Shown: positions 13,399 to 24,800 of the stretch, piece after piece
Layout of the letters: each line of letters starts with the position of its first letter
How positions within the stretch are numbered: the stretch's first letter is position 1
Assembly (NCBI GenBank): GCA_016748015.1
Contig: JAAOMT010000227.1
Span: 1 to 64,000, forward strand
Length of the DNA: 64,000 nucleotides
Source: Geosiphon pyriformis uo1
Taxonomy: Eukaryota; Fungi; Glomeromycota
Direction of reading: 5' to 3'
Translations under genes and position numbers: made by a program
Notes under the pieces: model-generated
The model's input: only the letters and a program-made list of their open reading frames with translations
Told to the model about the DNA's origin: nothing
Database searches by the model: none

Positions 13399-14194
13399 TA
13401 TTATGGGAAATTTTTTTTGATATATTTTAATTGTAATCAGTCTTTCATGAGTTTCTCAATTTTATGTGTTGGATATTAATAATAATGTACTGAAGGTTTT
13501 CTCTTGATGTTGTAATGTAAGTCTTCTCTTTAATTCTAGTTGTCTTTGTATGTTATGTACTTCTTCCCAGAGGCTAATCTGAAATCTACCTGCTGTCTGA
13601 GGTCTTCTCTGAGGCTATCCTTGCAATTGTCTGATGTGTTTCTCTAATTTAGAAACATGGAATATTAATGGCCTTTTTGCAATTTCCCTAAGTATATAAT
13701 AAAGCTTTTTCAATTTTAATTAGTAATCACATGAATAATCTTGATCAGAGATTATTCTTCCAAAGAGTTCAAAGATAGAATGATAGTTTCATTCACTAGA
13801 GAAGGTATGTGAATTCTATTGTTAATCTCGCAATTGTAATATTAATTCAATTTATTATTTTTATTAATTCTTTTTAAATAAGATTTTATTTAGATATTTG
13901 TTGCTTTTAGTTAAAGCTGTTAGATTTTTTATTATTAAAACTATTGTATATATATATAATTATTGTTTTACAAAATAATGTCTTGTAATACTTTATTTCC
14001 GTTATTTTTAAATAGTGCTTGCTGCTTTTGCATGATAATGCTTGCTGCTATTATAAAATAGTGCTTGCTGCTATTGCACAGTAGTGCTTTGCTGTTATTT
14101 GTAAATCATTTTTTTTATAAATTGTTACTGTGCTATTTCATGATTGGCTAATTTATATTATTTATAATTTTTATTAAATTCTTGAACTGTAACA
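13399..14194 (-). repeat. 5' LTR of element A
   Basis: TATTA (mutated)...TAACA; direct repeat of 6386-7154 with extra copies of an internal ~21-bp repeat. Confidence 0.92.
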
Positions 14195-17100
14195 GAGTAT
14201 ATGCATGGCTTTATTTATTAAGACACAGTTAAAGCTTTTATTGAATTGTGATATTTGATAGAATGTCAATAAGGGCAAATAAAAAGTTTTCTTTTAAAGT
14301 TTGCTTTAAAAGTTTTGATAATTGAATTCCAAAATAACTTTTTGTGTTTCTTTTATAAGAGTGATAATTCTGAAAATTATTTACTACTGGTGTTATAGTT
14401 TCTTTTGGATGTAATTAATTTGACTTTTATTGATTATTATGAATAAATTAGGAAGTGTTTTCAAAGCTAACATTAATTTTTGAGATATTTTTTGAAAAAT
14501 AATCATGATGAAAGTAAATAAATTAAATATAAAATTTGAAAAGATTTGAAAAAAAAATAAGAAATAATTTTGAAATTTTATATATTTTTGGTTTTGGGTT
14601 TTTCTTGTAATTATTTACTATTTTTGTTTTTACGTTTGTGTATTATTAAAAAAATATTATAATAATATTAAATTAAATATTAAGATTTGGTTATTGTTTT
14701 ATTATAGTTATTGGTTTTAAATTTTAAGAAACATCTTTGGAATTAATTAAAAGAGAATGTTTACTAATTTGTAAAATTAATAATTTAGGATTGTTTCTGA
14801 AATAATAATGTTTTAATTAATTTCTATGTATAACTTTTGCTAATACTTTGTTATTCAGTCTTAATTTATATAATTTATTGTTTAAGATTTCATAATTATA
14901 AAATAATCTATTCTATTTATGTTTAATTTTCTATTCTATTGTTTTTTAGTCCTAATTTTGCATAAAAAAACTTTGTTTTTAACTTTAAATTCATTAGTTA
15001 CTAGTAGCAATTTGTTATTATGTTGTTTTTTTTATTGGACTTGAAAATATTTAATATGAATAGCTACTATTTATTGTTTTTCTTCTAAAGTACTAAGCAA
15101 GATATAGGCTTTTTATTAAAATATTTCTTAAAAGTTTTCTTAATTGATTGATTGTATTAAATAGTTTTCTACTGTAAAATTAATTGACAATATTATTGTT
15201 TTTTTATAAGTCAAATTAAATAGTATCTGTTTTATAGCATTTAGTTTTAGTGTTTTGTATATTAGTAATACTGATAGAATAAAGTTATTTTATTTTTGTT
15301 CAAAATTAATTAAGACTTTGGCTAATAATATATACAATGTTCAGTTGAAATGTTTTATTAATTTATTTATTTAAGAATAATAAGATGATAAAAGTGGTCT
15401 TTTAACATTAAATTATTCACAAATTACTTGTATTAAGTTGTTTATAAAATGTGTTTCTTGATTAGATAAAAGTTTAATTAGATATTTATGTTTACAAATA
15501 ATGTTTTCATAAATGAAATTTGCTATTAATTTTGTATCTGCTTTTTGAATGGCTCTAACTTTAAACTATTTGGTAAAAAAATTTACTATAACTGCAATAT
15601 AATAATTTTTTTGAGTAGTAATAAGTAATAGTCTGACTAAATTGATTTTTATTCTGTCAAAAATTTGTCCAATTTTAATTGAATTTAGAGGTTTAGTAAA
15701 ACAAGTTTCTTCTTTTTTTTAATAACTATTATATGATTTTATATATTATCAAATGTTTTTTACATGTAAAGCCAAAAATAATGTTCTAATGTTCTTTAAA
15801 TTACACTATTTTTTCTTAAATATGCTGAAGATAGATCTATGTACATATTATAAAAAATAGTTTTTTTTGTTTTTTTAGATAAATCTGAGTGAGTTGGTTG
15901 AATTTCTGTAATTTTGATAATAAATTTTGTTGTAATAAATAAAATATTGTTTTACTTGGTATTATAATCATTGTTTTTTAATTAAAAACCAGTTTTCTGG
16001 TATAGTAATAGTTTCCAAATAGTTTTTAATATTGTTGTTATTTTCTGGTTTCATTATTTGTTGATTATTTGTTGTTAAGTTAGTAGATTGTAATAAAGTT
16101 AGTATTAGTGCTAATTTTGTCTTATTTTTAAAAGACTATCTATATTTATATATAATTTTCTAGATTTGTAGTAAACAATATATTTGTAATTGGCTAAGAA
16201 GTTAGTCTATTAAGATTAATTTACACTAAGCTCAAAACTCTATTTGTTAAGCTATTTAAGGCTAATGTTGTTAGTTATGATATCAAATTTTTTTTTATTG
16301 TAAAAATATTGCTAAAAGTGTTTAAAAGTTTAGATAATAACTGTTGCTTTTAATTTAATTAAGCTATATTTGAATTTTGTTGACTTAAGTATTTTACTGG
16401 CATATGCAATTATTTGCTCTTTGTCACTGTCACTTATTTGTAATAAGATGACACAAAAAGCTATATATGAAGCATTAGTGGCTAATTGAAATCTTTTTTT
16501 GAAGTTAGAATAGACAAAAATTGAAGCAGTTATAAGTTTTTTTTGAAAGTATCAAATACTTTTTGTTAAACTGAAGTTTATTGGTATTTAACATTTTTGT
16601 TAATCAGATAATTAAGAAGTTTGGTAATTTTTGAGAATTTTTTAATAAATTTTTAATAATAGGAAGCTAATCTAATAAATTTTCTTAATTTTGTAGTATT
16701 TTAAAGAATTTAAAAGTTTTTAATAATATTAATTGTTTCTGAATTAAGTTGAACTCCATTTTTGCTTACAATATATTCAAAAAAAATTAAACTTGTTTTT
16801 CTAAAGTGATATTTTTTAAAGTTTAATTTTAATTTTACTTTTTGTAATTATTGAAAAACTTCTTGCAAGTAGATTAAATAAGCTTCAAATATTGAAAAAT
16901 AAATATTAGTATTATCAAAATAAACAATTACTGATTACCATAAAAGTTTTTTGTAAACAATATTTATAAGTTATTAAAATATTGCTAATATATTGCAAAG
17001 TCTAAAAACATTATATTAAATTTATAATTCTCTTATTGTGTAGTAAATGTTGTTTTAACTTGTTAGTATTCACTTTCCAAATCTAAAGTTAAGAAGTATT

Positions 17101-19220
17101 TGGCTTTTTCTAAAGCATCTAACAAATTCTTGGTAATAGGTAAACATTTTTAATTATAATATTATTAAGTTGGCAATAGTCAACACAAAATCAAATTTTC
17201 CTATTTTTTTTTTAACCAGAATTACTGGTAAGATTCAGAAACTTTTTAATAGTTGAATAAGACTATTGTTGAGTATTTTTTTTACTTTTTGTTTAATAAA
17301 TTGGTGGCTTGTAAGTAAAACTTGGTAAGCTTGTTGGTATTTTAATAAAGCATTTTTTGTGTAGATTTTATGTTGCATAATATTGGTTTTTTCAAAATTG
17401 TTGTTATCTTTAGTCAATATATCAGCATATTTAACAATTAACTGTTTTAATTGTTTTTGTTGTTAGAGTTTTAAGGGATCCAATTTGATAAAAAAAGCTT
17501 TTTTTCAATTAGATAGTAGTTTTTAATATTTGAAATAATGTTGAAGTTTAAGAGTAGTATATGTTTTACAATTTCAATGAAATTCAAAACAGTTTGAGAA
17601 GTTTTATTCTGAAAGATATTATTATATATAATTCTAATTTCTAATTTATTTAATAAAATAATAGAGTTGTTATTGGAATTATAAAATATAACTCGAAATT
17701 TTTTATTTCTTTAGAAATATAGACATTTAGAATTAAAATTTTATTTTTCAAACAAATTTATTTATTTGATTCAAGATTTGTTGAGTAATTATTAGTTTTG
17801 GGCAAGTGTAAATTTTGTAATGTTCTTTAAAAGATAAAATGATAATTGATTGTAGAAGTTAAAAAATCTGGTAAGATTTATTTTGTATATTAAAACTTAT
17901 ATATATTAAAACTGTGAATCATCTAGTTGAACCAAAACTTTGAGTTCTTTTATCATTTTTGTCTAATTGTTTTCTTTAATTAACTGATTGTAAATTCGAA
18001 ATGTTAATTAAGAATAGATAAATTGCTTAAGCAATTTTTTTAGCATGTTTTATCTTAAATAACTTTTTTGTTTTATTTTGTAGCATAATTGTAATGTCTT
18101 CAGTGTATCTTGTATCTATAATTTTTCCTTTAATATTAATTTTTTTTGCTGGCCAGAAGTAATCAAGAAGCAATTTAAACTATTGCTCCTAATAATATTT
18201 TAAGAGCAATTTTAAGATTAATTTTTATTAAAAATTTTGGTTAAAGAACCAAAGTATCTTTTCTTGAATAATAAAAATCATATTCTGCATCAATTTTGTG
18301 AGCTTTTTTTGGCTTGATCTCTTGGCTATTATTGTCAAAGTACTTGAGTTGTATGACAAGCTGATTTTTGATCAAGTAGATTAAAGTGGTTGTAATTTTT
18401 TTTTCAAATTTAAATTCTCCAAATTCGATTTCATGCTTATTATTTTTACTAGGCAGAAAAATGCTAAAAACATAACATTTCAGACACTATTAGTTATTAC
18501 AAGACATTATATATTCTTTACATAGTTAAATGTTCATTTGTTTTAATTATTAAATTTGAGCTTTTTTGGTTAAATAGATGTAACTTATAATTTAGTGGTA
18601 AGTTTTAACTTTATCTTCATAGTTATATCCAATTTCGAAAGTGTATTCAATATATTCAGTTTTTTTTATCTAATAAATATTTTTTTGAGTTTCTTTATTA
18701 ATTAGACCTATAGCCAATTTATAGATCATTTTAACATTATGTGGGTAATAATAAAGTTTGTTAAAAGCACTGTTATATACTGTATTAAATCAAATTTCTC
18801 TTTTTAACTTTTTTGTAATTGAAAGTACATATTAACAAGTTTAATTACAAACTACTTTTCTTATTGTAATATTGATCTAGTTGTATTCTTTTGGTAACAT
18901 TTTTTCACATGTAAAACAAGACATATTGTTTTATTTTTTATTTTGTTTGAAGTATTTAAATTATTTCTGGTAACAAATTTTATAATAATAGCAAATATGT
19001 ATTTCATATTTTTTTTCTAAAAATATACAAGCTCCTATAAATAAAAGCTTTTTGTTGCAGTTTTTATACTTGAGTAAAATATAAAATAGTTATTTCTGTA
19101 ATTTTAATTTATAATACCAAACTTTATTTCAACTACTAATTTCTTTAAAAAATTTTTGTTTTGTTTTTTTAGTCCAATTAGATATTAATTTAAGAGTTAT
19201 GTAAGTTTTAGTAATTAGTA
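14195..19220 (-). mobile_element. Heavily mutated Gypsy relic B (D-like family), left part: ORF3, integrase, RNase H, RT, dUTPase, Cys-rich region
   Basis: Colinear nucleotide homology with element D 35565-40660 (e.g. 14401-14490 vs 35771-35860); interrupted by the DNA transposon at 19221. Confidence 0.85.
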
Positions 19221-19361
19221 CAGTGAACTCTCTTTATAATCACATCTTTTGGTCAGCACATTTATGGTGACTATAGAGAGATGGGACAATAAAAAATAAT
19301 TAATATTTTATCACATAATCTATATATCATATGCATAATATAATAACTAATTATATATATT

Positions 19362-20921
19362 TTATTTAAAAAAGCTATCTATTTGCAACTGTTTTTTCTC
19401 TTCTTGAACTTTGAGAACAGTATTATGAATTAATGTTCTCAAAGCTTTAAAAAAGTCTGAATTAACTTTTTTACTATACTGCTCTTCACAATAGCACAAT
19501 GTATCTTTAAGTGCAATTTTACCTTGATGTATAGATAATAAAAGCAAAGATTCATCTTCATTTTCACTTTCTAAATCTTTATTTGCATTAGAATTTCTAC
19601 TATACTTATTGTTAATAAGATTCACAATTTCATTCTCTGAGGCATAAGTGAATAATAGTTCAAACTTGTCAATATTAATGAAGTCTATTGCCAATAGCTT
19701 ATCAATATCAACATGCTTAATAAGAACTTGTACTTCTTGTAGAAGTTCTTGTTCAATATCTAATGGATGGGCTGGCATTTGATTATTATTCAGAATTCCC
19801 ATATGATGCCAACAGTTTTGGATTGTAGTTGTTGTTATCACTAACCACGCATCAATTAAAAAGTCAACTGCATCCTTTAATGTTACTGTTGATATTGGAA
19901 TCTTGTCATCATACTGATTAATAAGATAGAAAAAAAACAACTTTTGGTATTGTGCCTTAAAAGGTGCAATAATTCCTGTATCTAATGGTTGCAAATGGGA
20001 TGTTGTATTGAATGGTAGGTATCTAATCATAATATTAAATAATATGGAAGATTTTCTACCATGGAGACCAGCATTATTAAGCAATAGCAAAATCTTTTTT
20101 TTCTTGTGATGTATTTCTTCATTTAATAAATTAAGCCATTCACTAAAAATATTGGTTTACATCCATGCTTTTGTATTGTAACAATAAGTGATTAGAAGTG
20201 CATTCATATTAATATTGTGAAAACATTGTAACTTTGCGGCTTTGCCGATAATTAAAGGCTGCAACTTGATGCTGTCTGTTGTATTACAAGCAAGAAGTAT
20301 GGTAATTCGACTCTTATCACGCTTAGTGTCAGAGGTAAAGTTTGTTGCCAAAGTTGCATTTGGTGGCATTCTAAAGAATAATGCTGTCTCATCAGCATTG
20401 TAAACATCATTTAGATTATATTTGCTGATAATTTCACGCAGTTTTTCTCATTCTTTTAGTAAAATTTCTAAGAGAGTACTGTTTGCTTCATCATGCATTT
20501 TAATGTGGTGCAAATTATAATGTTTTTTGAACTTTTCTAACCAACTATCTGATGCTTTAAAGTTATTTTTTTTTGAAAACTTTTCAGCAAACTTGAGAGC
20601 TTTCATTTGTAAAATTTTTCCAGTAAGAATGCAGTTGGTAGCTAGTGCTCTGAGCATCTATTCTCCCAGTGCATCATTTATCTTTGGAAACATCTCTTTC
20701 CTGTTCTTTGTCAATTGACCAGAGTTGCCAGATACATTTTTTTCAATCCATTGGTCTGATTTTGTGAGTATTTTTGTTACAGTGGAGCAGTCAATTTTTA
20801 GATTAAATATTTCGATAAGTCTATTTACTAAGTAGTCAGAATGCTCTAGTTTGTACTAACAAAAAGCCTTTTTAGTTTCCAAGGAGATTGTTGTTCACTT
20901 TTGGTTTGTGTTTTTTGGCAT
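19362..20921 (-). pseudogene. CENP-B/Tigger-like DDE_1 transposase (disrupted by stop codons)
   Basis: ATG at 20921 (MPKNTNQK); FKASDSWLEKFKKHY (HTH), VYNADETALFFR, SRITILLACN, KAWM, LLLLNNA..H, LPFNTTSHLQPLDTGII. Confidence 0.92.
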
Positions 20922-20965
20922 ATTAATAAGAACACACTTTTTATTGTATTTTGCTTTTATAACAC

Positions 20966-21832
20966 TATTACTTGAAGAAAGAAAGCTTATCAAAAAAAGA
21001 AGAAAAATGTGACAAAATGTGAAAAGACACAGAATAGTGCACAATAACATAGAATAACATATTATAACATGGGATAACATAGAATAACGTGTAATAATGT
21101 CAGATAATGTGTTATAACATAGAATAATTAGTTATAATGTAAGAAAAATGAAATAATAGCTAGCAAGAACAGACAATCCAAAGCAATCCTGTAAAACTAG
21201 AAAATACATATATATAGCAGTAGCATTAGAAGCAGAGAAAAAAAGGGAGAAAAAAAAGAAATTCCTTAACTACTGTTCCTCAGTTAGAAACCATAGCATT
21301 TCAAAATAACAATAAATATACTTATTTAGCATCTCAAATCCAGTTGTTCACTATCAATTCTAAATGATGATAGTAATTGATACTTAAAACACGTGGGAAC
21401 AATAGCCTTTAATCATGGCTATTAATGAGATACTAACTTACATTGCCTTGGCTTATTGTCTCTATTTTCTTTATCTCTTTTATTTTTTTGTCTTTATTTT
21501 GTTAAGTATACTAATTGATTGAGGATTAAAGCACTAAGTATTGATGTCAAGAATTGCCTGGTAAAAAACTTCTGTGAGTGGGTAGAATGCATAAGAATTA
21601 CAGATTGCTTACCAGAGGATTGCTGGCCACCATGCTGAAAAAAAAATTGATGGAATTGTGATTCTGGGAAGCTATGAAAAAAAGATAACATGGAAATTTC
21701 TGTCCATTATACAAAGAACTCCAATCAAAATCTTCTGATTGAAACACCTTCAGACATTACTAATATCATCAATTAAGCACCAAGTTATGAGTTTGTTATT
21801 TGCTTTGAGACCCCAAATAATTACCTGTAACA
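20966..21832 (+). repeat. 5' LTR of element C
   Basis: Direct repeat of 30184-31049; 10-bp ATAACATAGA-like tandem array upstream of a TATATATAG box. Confidence 0.95.
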
Positions 21833-21894
21833 TTTGGTGCTTCCTGTGAGATATAATCCTACAGAAAACCAGCACCAACAACAATCATCCAAAA

Positions 21895-24800
21895 GTGGTA
21901 GAATCAGAAATCATAGAAGCAAACTATTTAGAATTCGCCAAATTCTTGTTTCAACAGTACAGCCAACAGTTAAGATTAAACAACAACTATTTTCCAGTGA
22001 AATCAGCCTTTAACTTTTACATTAACAATAAAATCACAGACTGCTTAGGAGGAACAGTTAACATTGAATCTGCAAGAGAAAATTTCTATACAGAATTATT
22101 TCAACATACCAGCTTACAAAGAAACCACAGTTTCACACCAATTATTAGAGAAATCAATCAAACCATTGAAAGGTACACCCAACAACAATTCCCCATTATT
22201 TATGCAGACAAAGGCAAAGGAAGATTGCAAACACCAGTGGTAACACCCAAAAAGATACAACTATCCACTTGAAAGAAAACCAGAGTTGAATCACCAACCA
22301 ATCTATCATACCATTATACACTAGGAAGTGCCATCAATATATTATTAGCAAACACATCCACATCAAATACAACATCAATCTTTGGACAATTCCCATTCCA
22401 AAGTAAACAAAGAAGAGCAGAGTTACTAGGACCATATGGCAAATATTTTGAAGGATTTAAATCATGATTGCCAATGCCATTAGGTTTCCAATCACTACCA
22501 TTTCAACCAGATTTCGAAACACAAGTTTCTGGAAAATAATGGAATTAGAAGAGGAGAAAGAAAAAGAAGCTAAAGATAAGGAATTTACTTACCAGAATTT
22601 GATCACAAAGAATCCAAAAATTGAAACCCCAAACATTCATTACTGGCAAACTTCGAATAATCTAAACTCTAAATTAATTAATCAGGGAAACTTATCTCCA
22701 ATAATCATCATCAATCAGCCACCAATTGTACTAATACTAGAACCAATTCTACTGCAGCCACTTCAACAACCTATTCAACCACCACTTCAACAACCCCAAC
22801 AGCCATTGCAACAACCACAACCACAACAATTGAATTTGGATCCAATGGCCTACACTTCAATAGTGAAACTTGAAAAGTTCACTGGCAAAGAAGATGATGC
22901 CCAAATATGGCTCAATGACATTGAAAAGGCCATCACAGTAAATAGATGGAATGACGCAAGAGCCCTCCAAGCCATCCCTTACTTTCTTCAAGATACTGCC
23001 AATTCATGATATCAGAGCCTAGCCAACAAACCCCAAGATTTTAATGTATTTAAGCTTGCATTCCTATAATACTTTAGTAATAATAATAGCATTAATCATT
23101 TGGCAAACACTTTTACTACTATCAAGCAAGTAAAAAATGAAGCAGTCACTACTTATTTAGGATGCTTCCACAGAAATTTGCACCAAATCCAGGCCATACA
23201 GGCTAATTATTTCACAGCACTACAAATCCTAAATCAATTTATTTGAGGTCTGCACAGTAGCATTCTCCAACGTGTATGTTCAATGCACCCAGCAGATCTT
23301 CAAGCCGCTGTTACAAATGCCAGAGATTTTGAAGCAGCTAAACTCAAAGCCAACCATGCCCAAGCTGTAAATCTAGTAATGAACAGATCATCTGAATTGG
23401 ATTCCAAATTGAAACAATTCAGTAATTCAATTAATCAGAAACTAGAAAAATACTTAGCTAACAATTAAGCAATTTATTAGTTTCCACAATGACATGATAA
23501 TTTGGAAAACATGAATTGTTTCTGAAATCAGTCACATCTTTTATCATCATCATTCAATCAGCCATGGCAGCAAGAGACACGTAATTGCTACAATTGTTGT
23601 AAACAAGGTTACATCAAAGCTAGCTGCCAAGATTATAGCAATAATCTATGATCAGAGAATCAAAATCGAAACTCCGATTACAAATTTCAAACTCCGAACC
23701 ACTACTCAAATCAAGATCACTATCAACCACACTATACTCAAATAGCACAACAACCAATATACCAAACCCCAGCACCAGTTATCTATTAGCCACAGCCGCA
23801 AGTGATATATTAGCCACAACAAATTTAAACCCTATCACACCATCCAACCCAGACATTATCTGGAAACCAAATACCAAAAATCATTCAGCAAAACTGAAGA
23901 TCAGCGATGGTTGTACATCAACTGATCTCCAGTTCATCTAATTACACCTTAAAATCACATCCCAGGAATTCGGGAAATGAGTACAACCAAAATCAGAGTT
24001 CCCAGAACTATCTGAGTTTCCTGGTTGCCCCAGAAGATGCTTAACCAACAACAACCTGGAAACCTCTCCAAAGCAAATAATCAATAACAACATACTTCCA
24101 GCCACCATCACAAATGATGAATCATTAGCAGCCATTTTTCCCTTCAAAATCGAGGAACCAACTGAAACTCCTCTCTTTAGTAAAGCCACTCTTGATATAA
24201 AACCAATCACTGTCATGTACACCAATACTAAGGTCAATGGGCAGGCCATCAAGCTGATTCTAAACAGTGGTTCAGCAGACAGCATTATCACATGACAACT
24301 TATAGACCAATTAGGTTGCCAAGTTGATTGTACTGCCAGCACCAGAATTATTACTGCCAATGGAGCCACTAAAACTCCAATTGGCGAAATTGACAATTTT
24401 TCTATTGAAGTCAATGGTATTATTATACCAATCAAGGTTTTAGTCATGGAAGCCACCCAGTACCAAGCTCTCATTGGTAATGACTGGCTGTCTAAAACCA
24501 ATGCCATGCTTAACTGGAACACCCAGGAGCTACAGCTTAGCCAAAATGGGCAGCATACTAGAGTACCAGCCACTTGTAGATACTTCAAGACCACTACAAC
24601 CGCACCACTAATTGAATTTAAGGAAAAAGAGAAGAAACCTACCTGGAAAGCCTATCAAGTTTTGTGAGCTGACATTGATCACAATGAATTACTGCCAATA
24701 CTGTCTTGGGACAACAAAGAGAAAGGAAAAGAAGAAGACAAGTTACAAAAAGATACCACCAATAAAATTACCAGTGGCTGGGGAAGTTCCTATTCAACTG

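Larger units (their letters stand above)
6386..14194 (-). mobile_element. Ty3/Gypsy LTR retrotransposon A (dUTPase-bearing, integrase internally deleted, pseudogenised)
   Basis: Two homologous LTRs (6386-7154, 13399-14194); PPT GAAAGGAAGGGATAA next to 7154; degenerate PBS at 13396-13381; protease ILDSGSA (~11110), dUTPase (~9440-9870), RT YLDDI (~8410), RNase H ending NADCLS. Confidence 0.92.

Noticed and set aside
21030-21140. Short regularly spaced repeats (also 50671-50790) resembling CRISPR or iteron arrays
   Set aside because: No unique spacers, eukaryotic context, and they lie inside LTRs.
21494-21691. Duplicated small ORF (also 30711-30908) suggesting a conserved gene
   Set aside because: Simply the two LTR copies of element C.
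23640-24060. Programmed gag/pol frameshift in element C
   Set aside because: The homologous region of D reads through in one frame, so the shift near 24040 is better explained as a decay indel.
23938-24594. 218-aa antisense ORF and many other short antisense ORFs in the track
   Set aside because: Shadows of TE coding strands (here the protease); no independent motifs.
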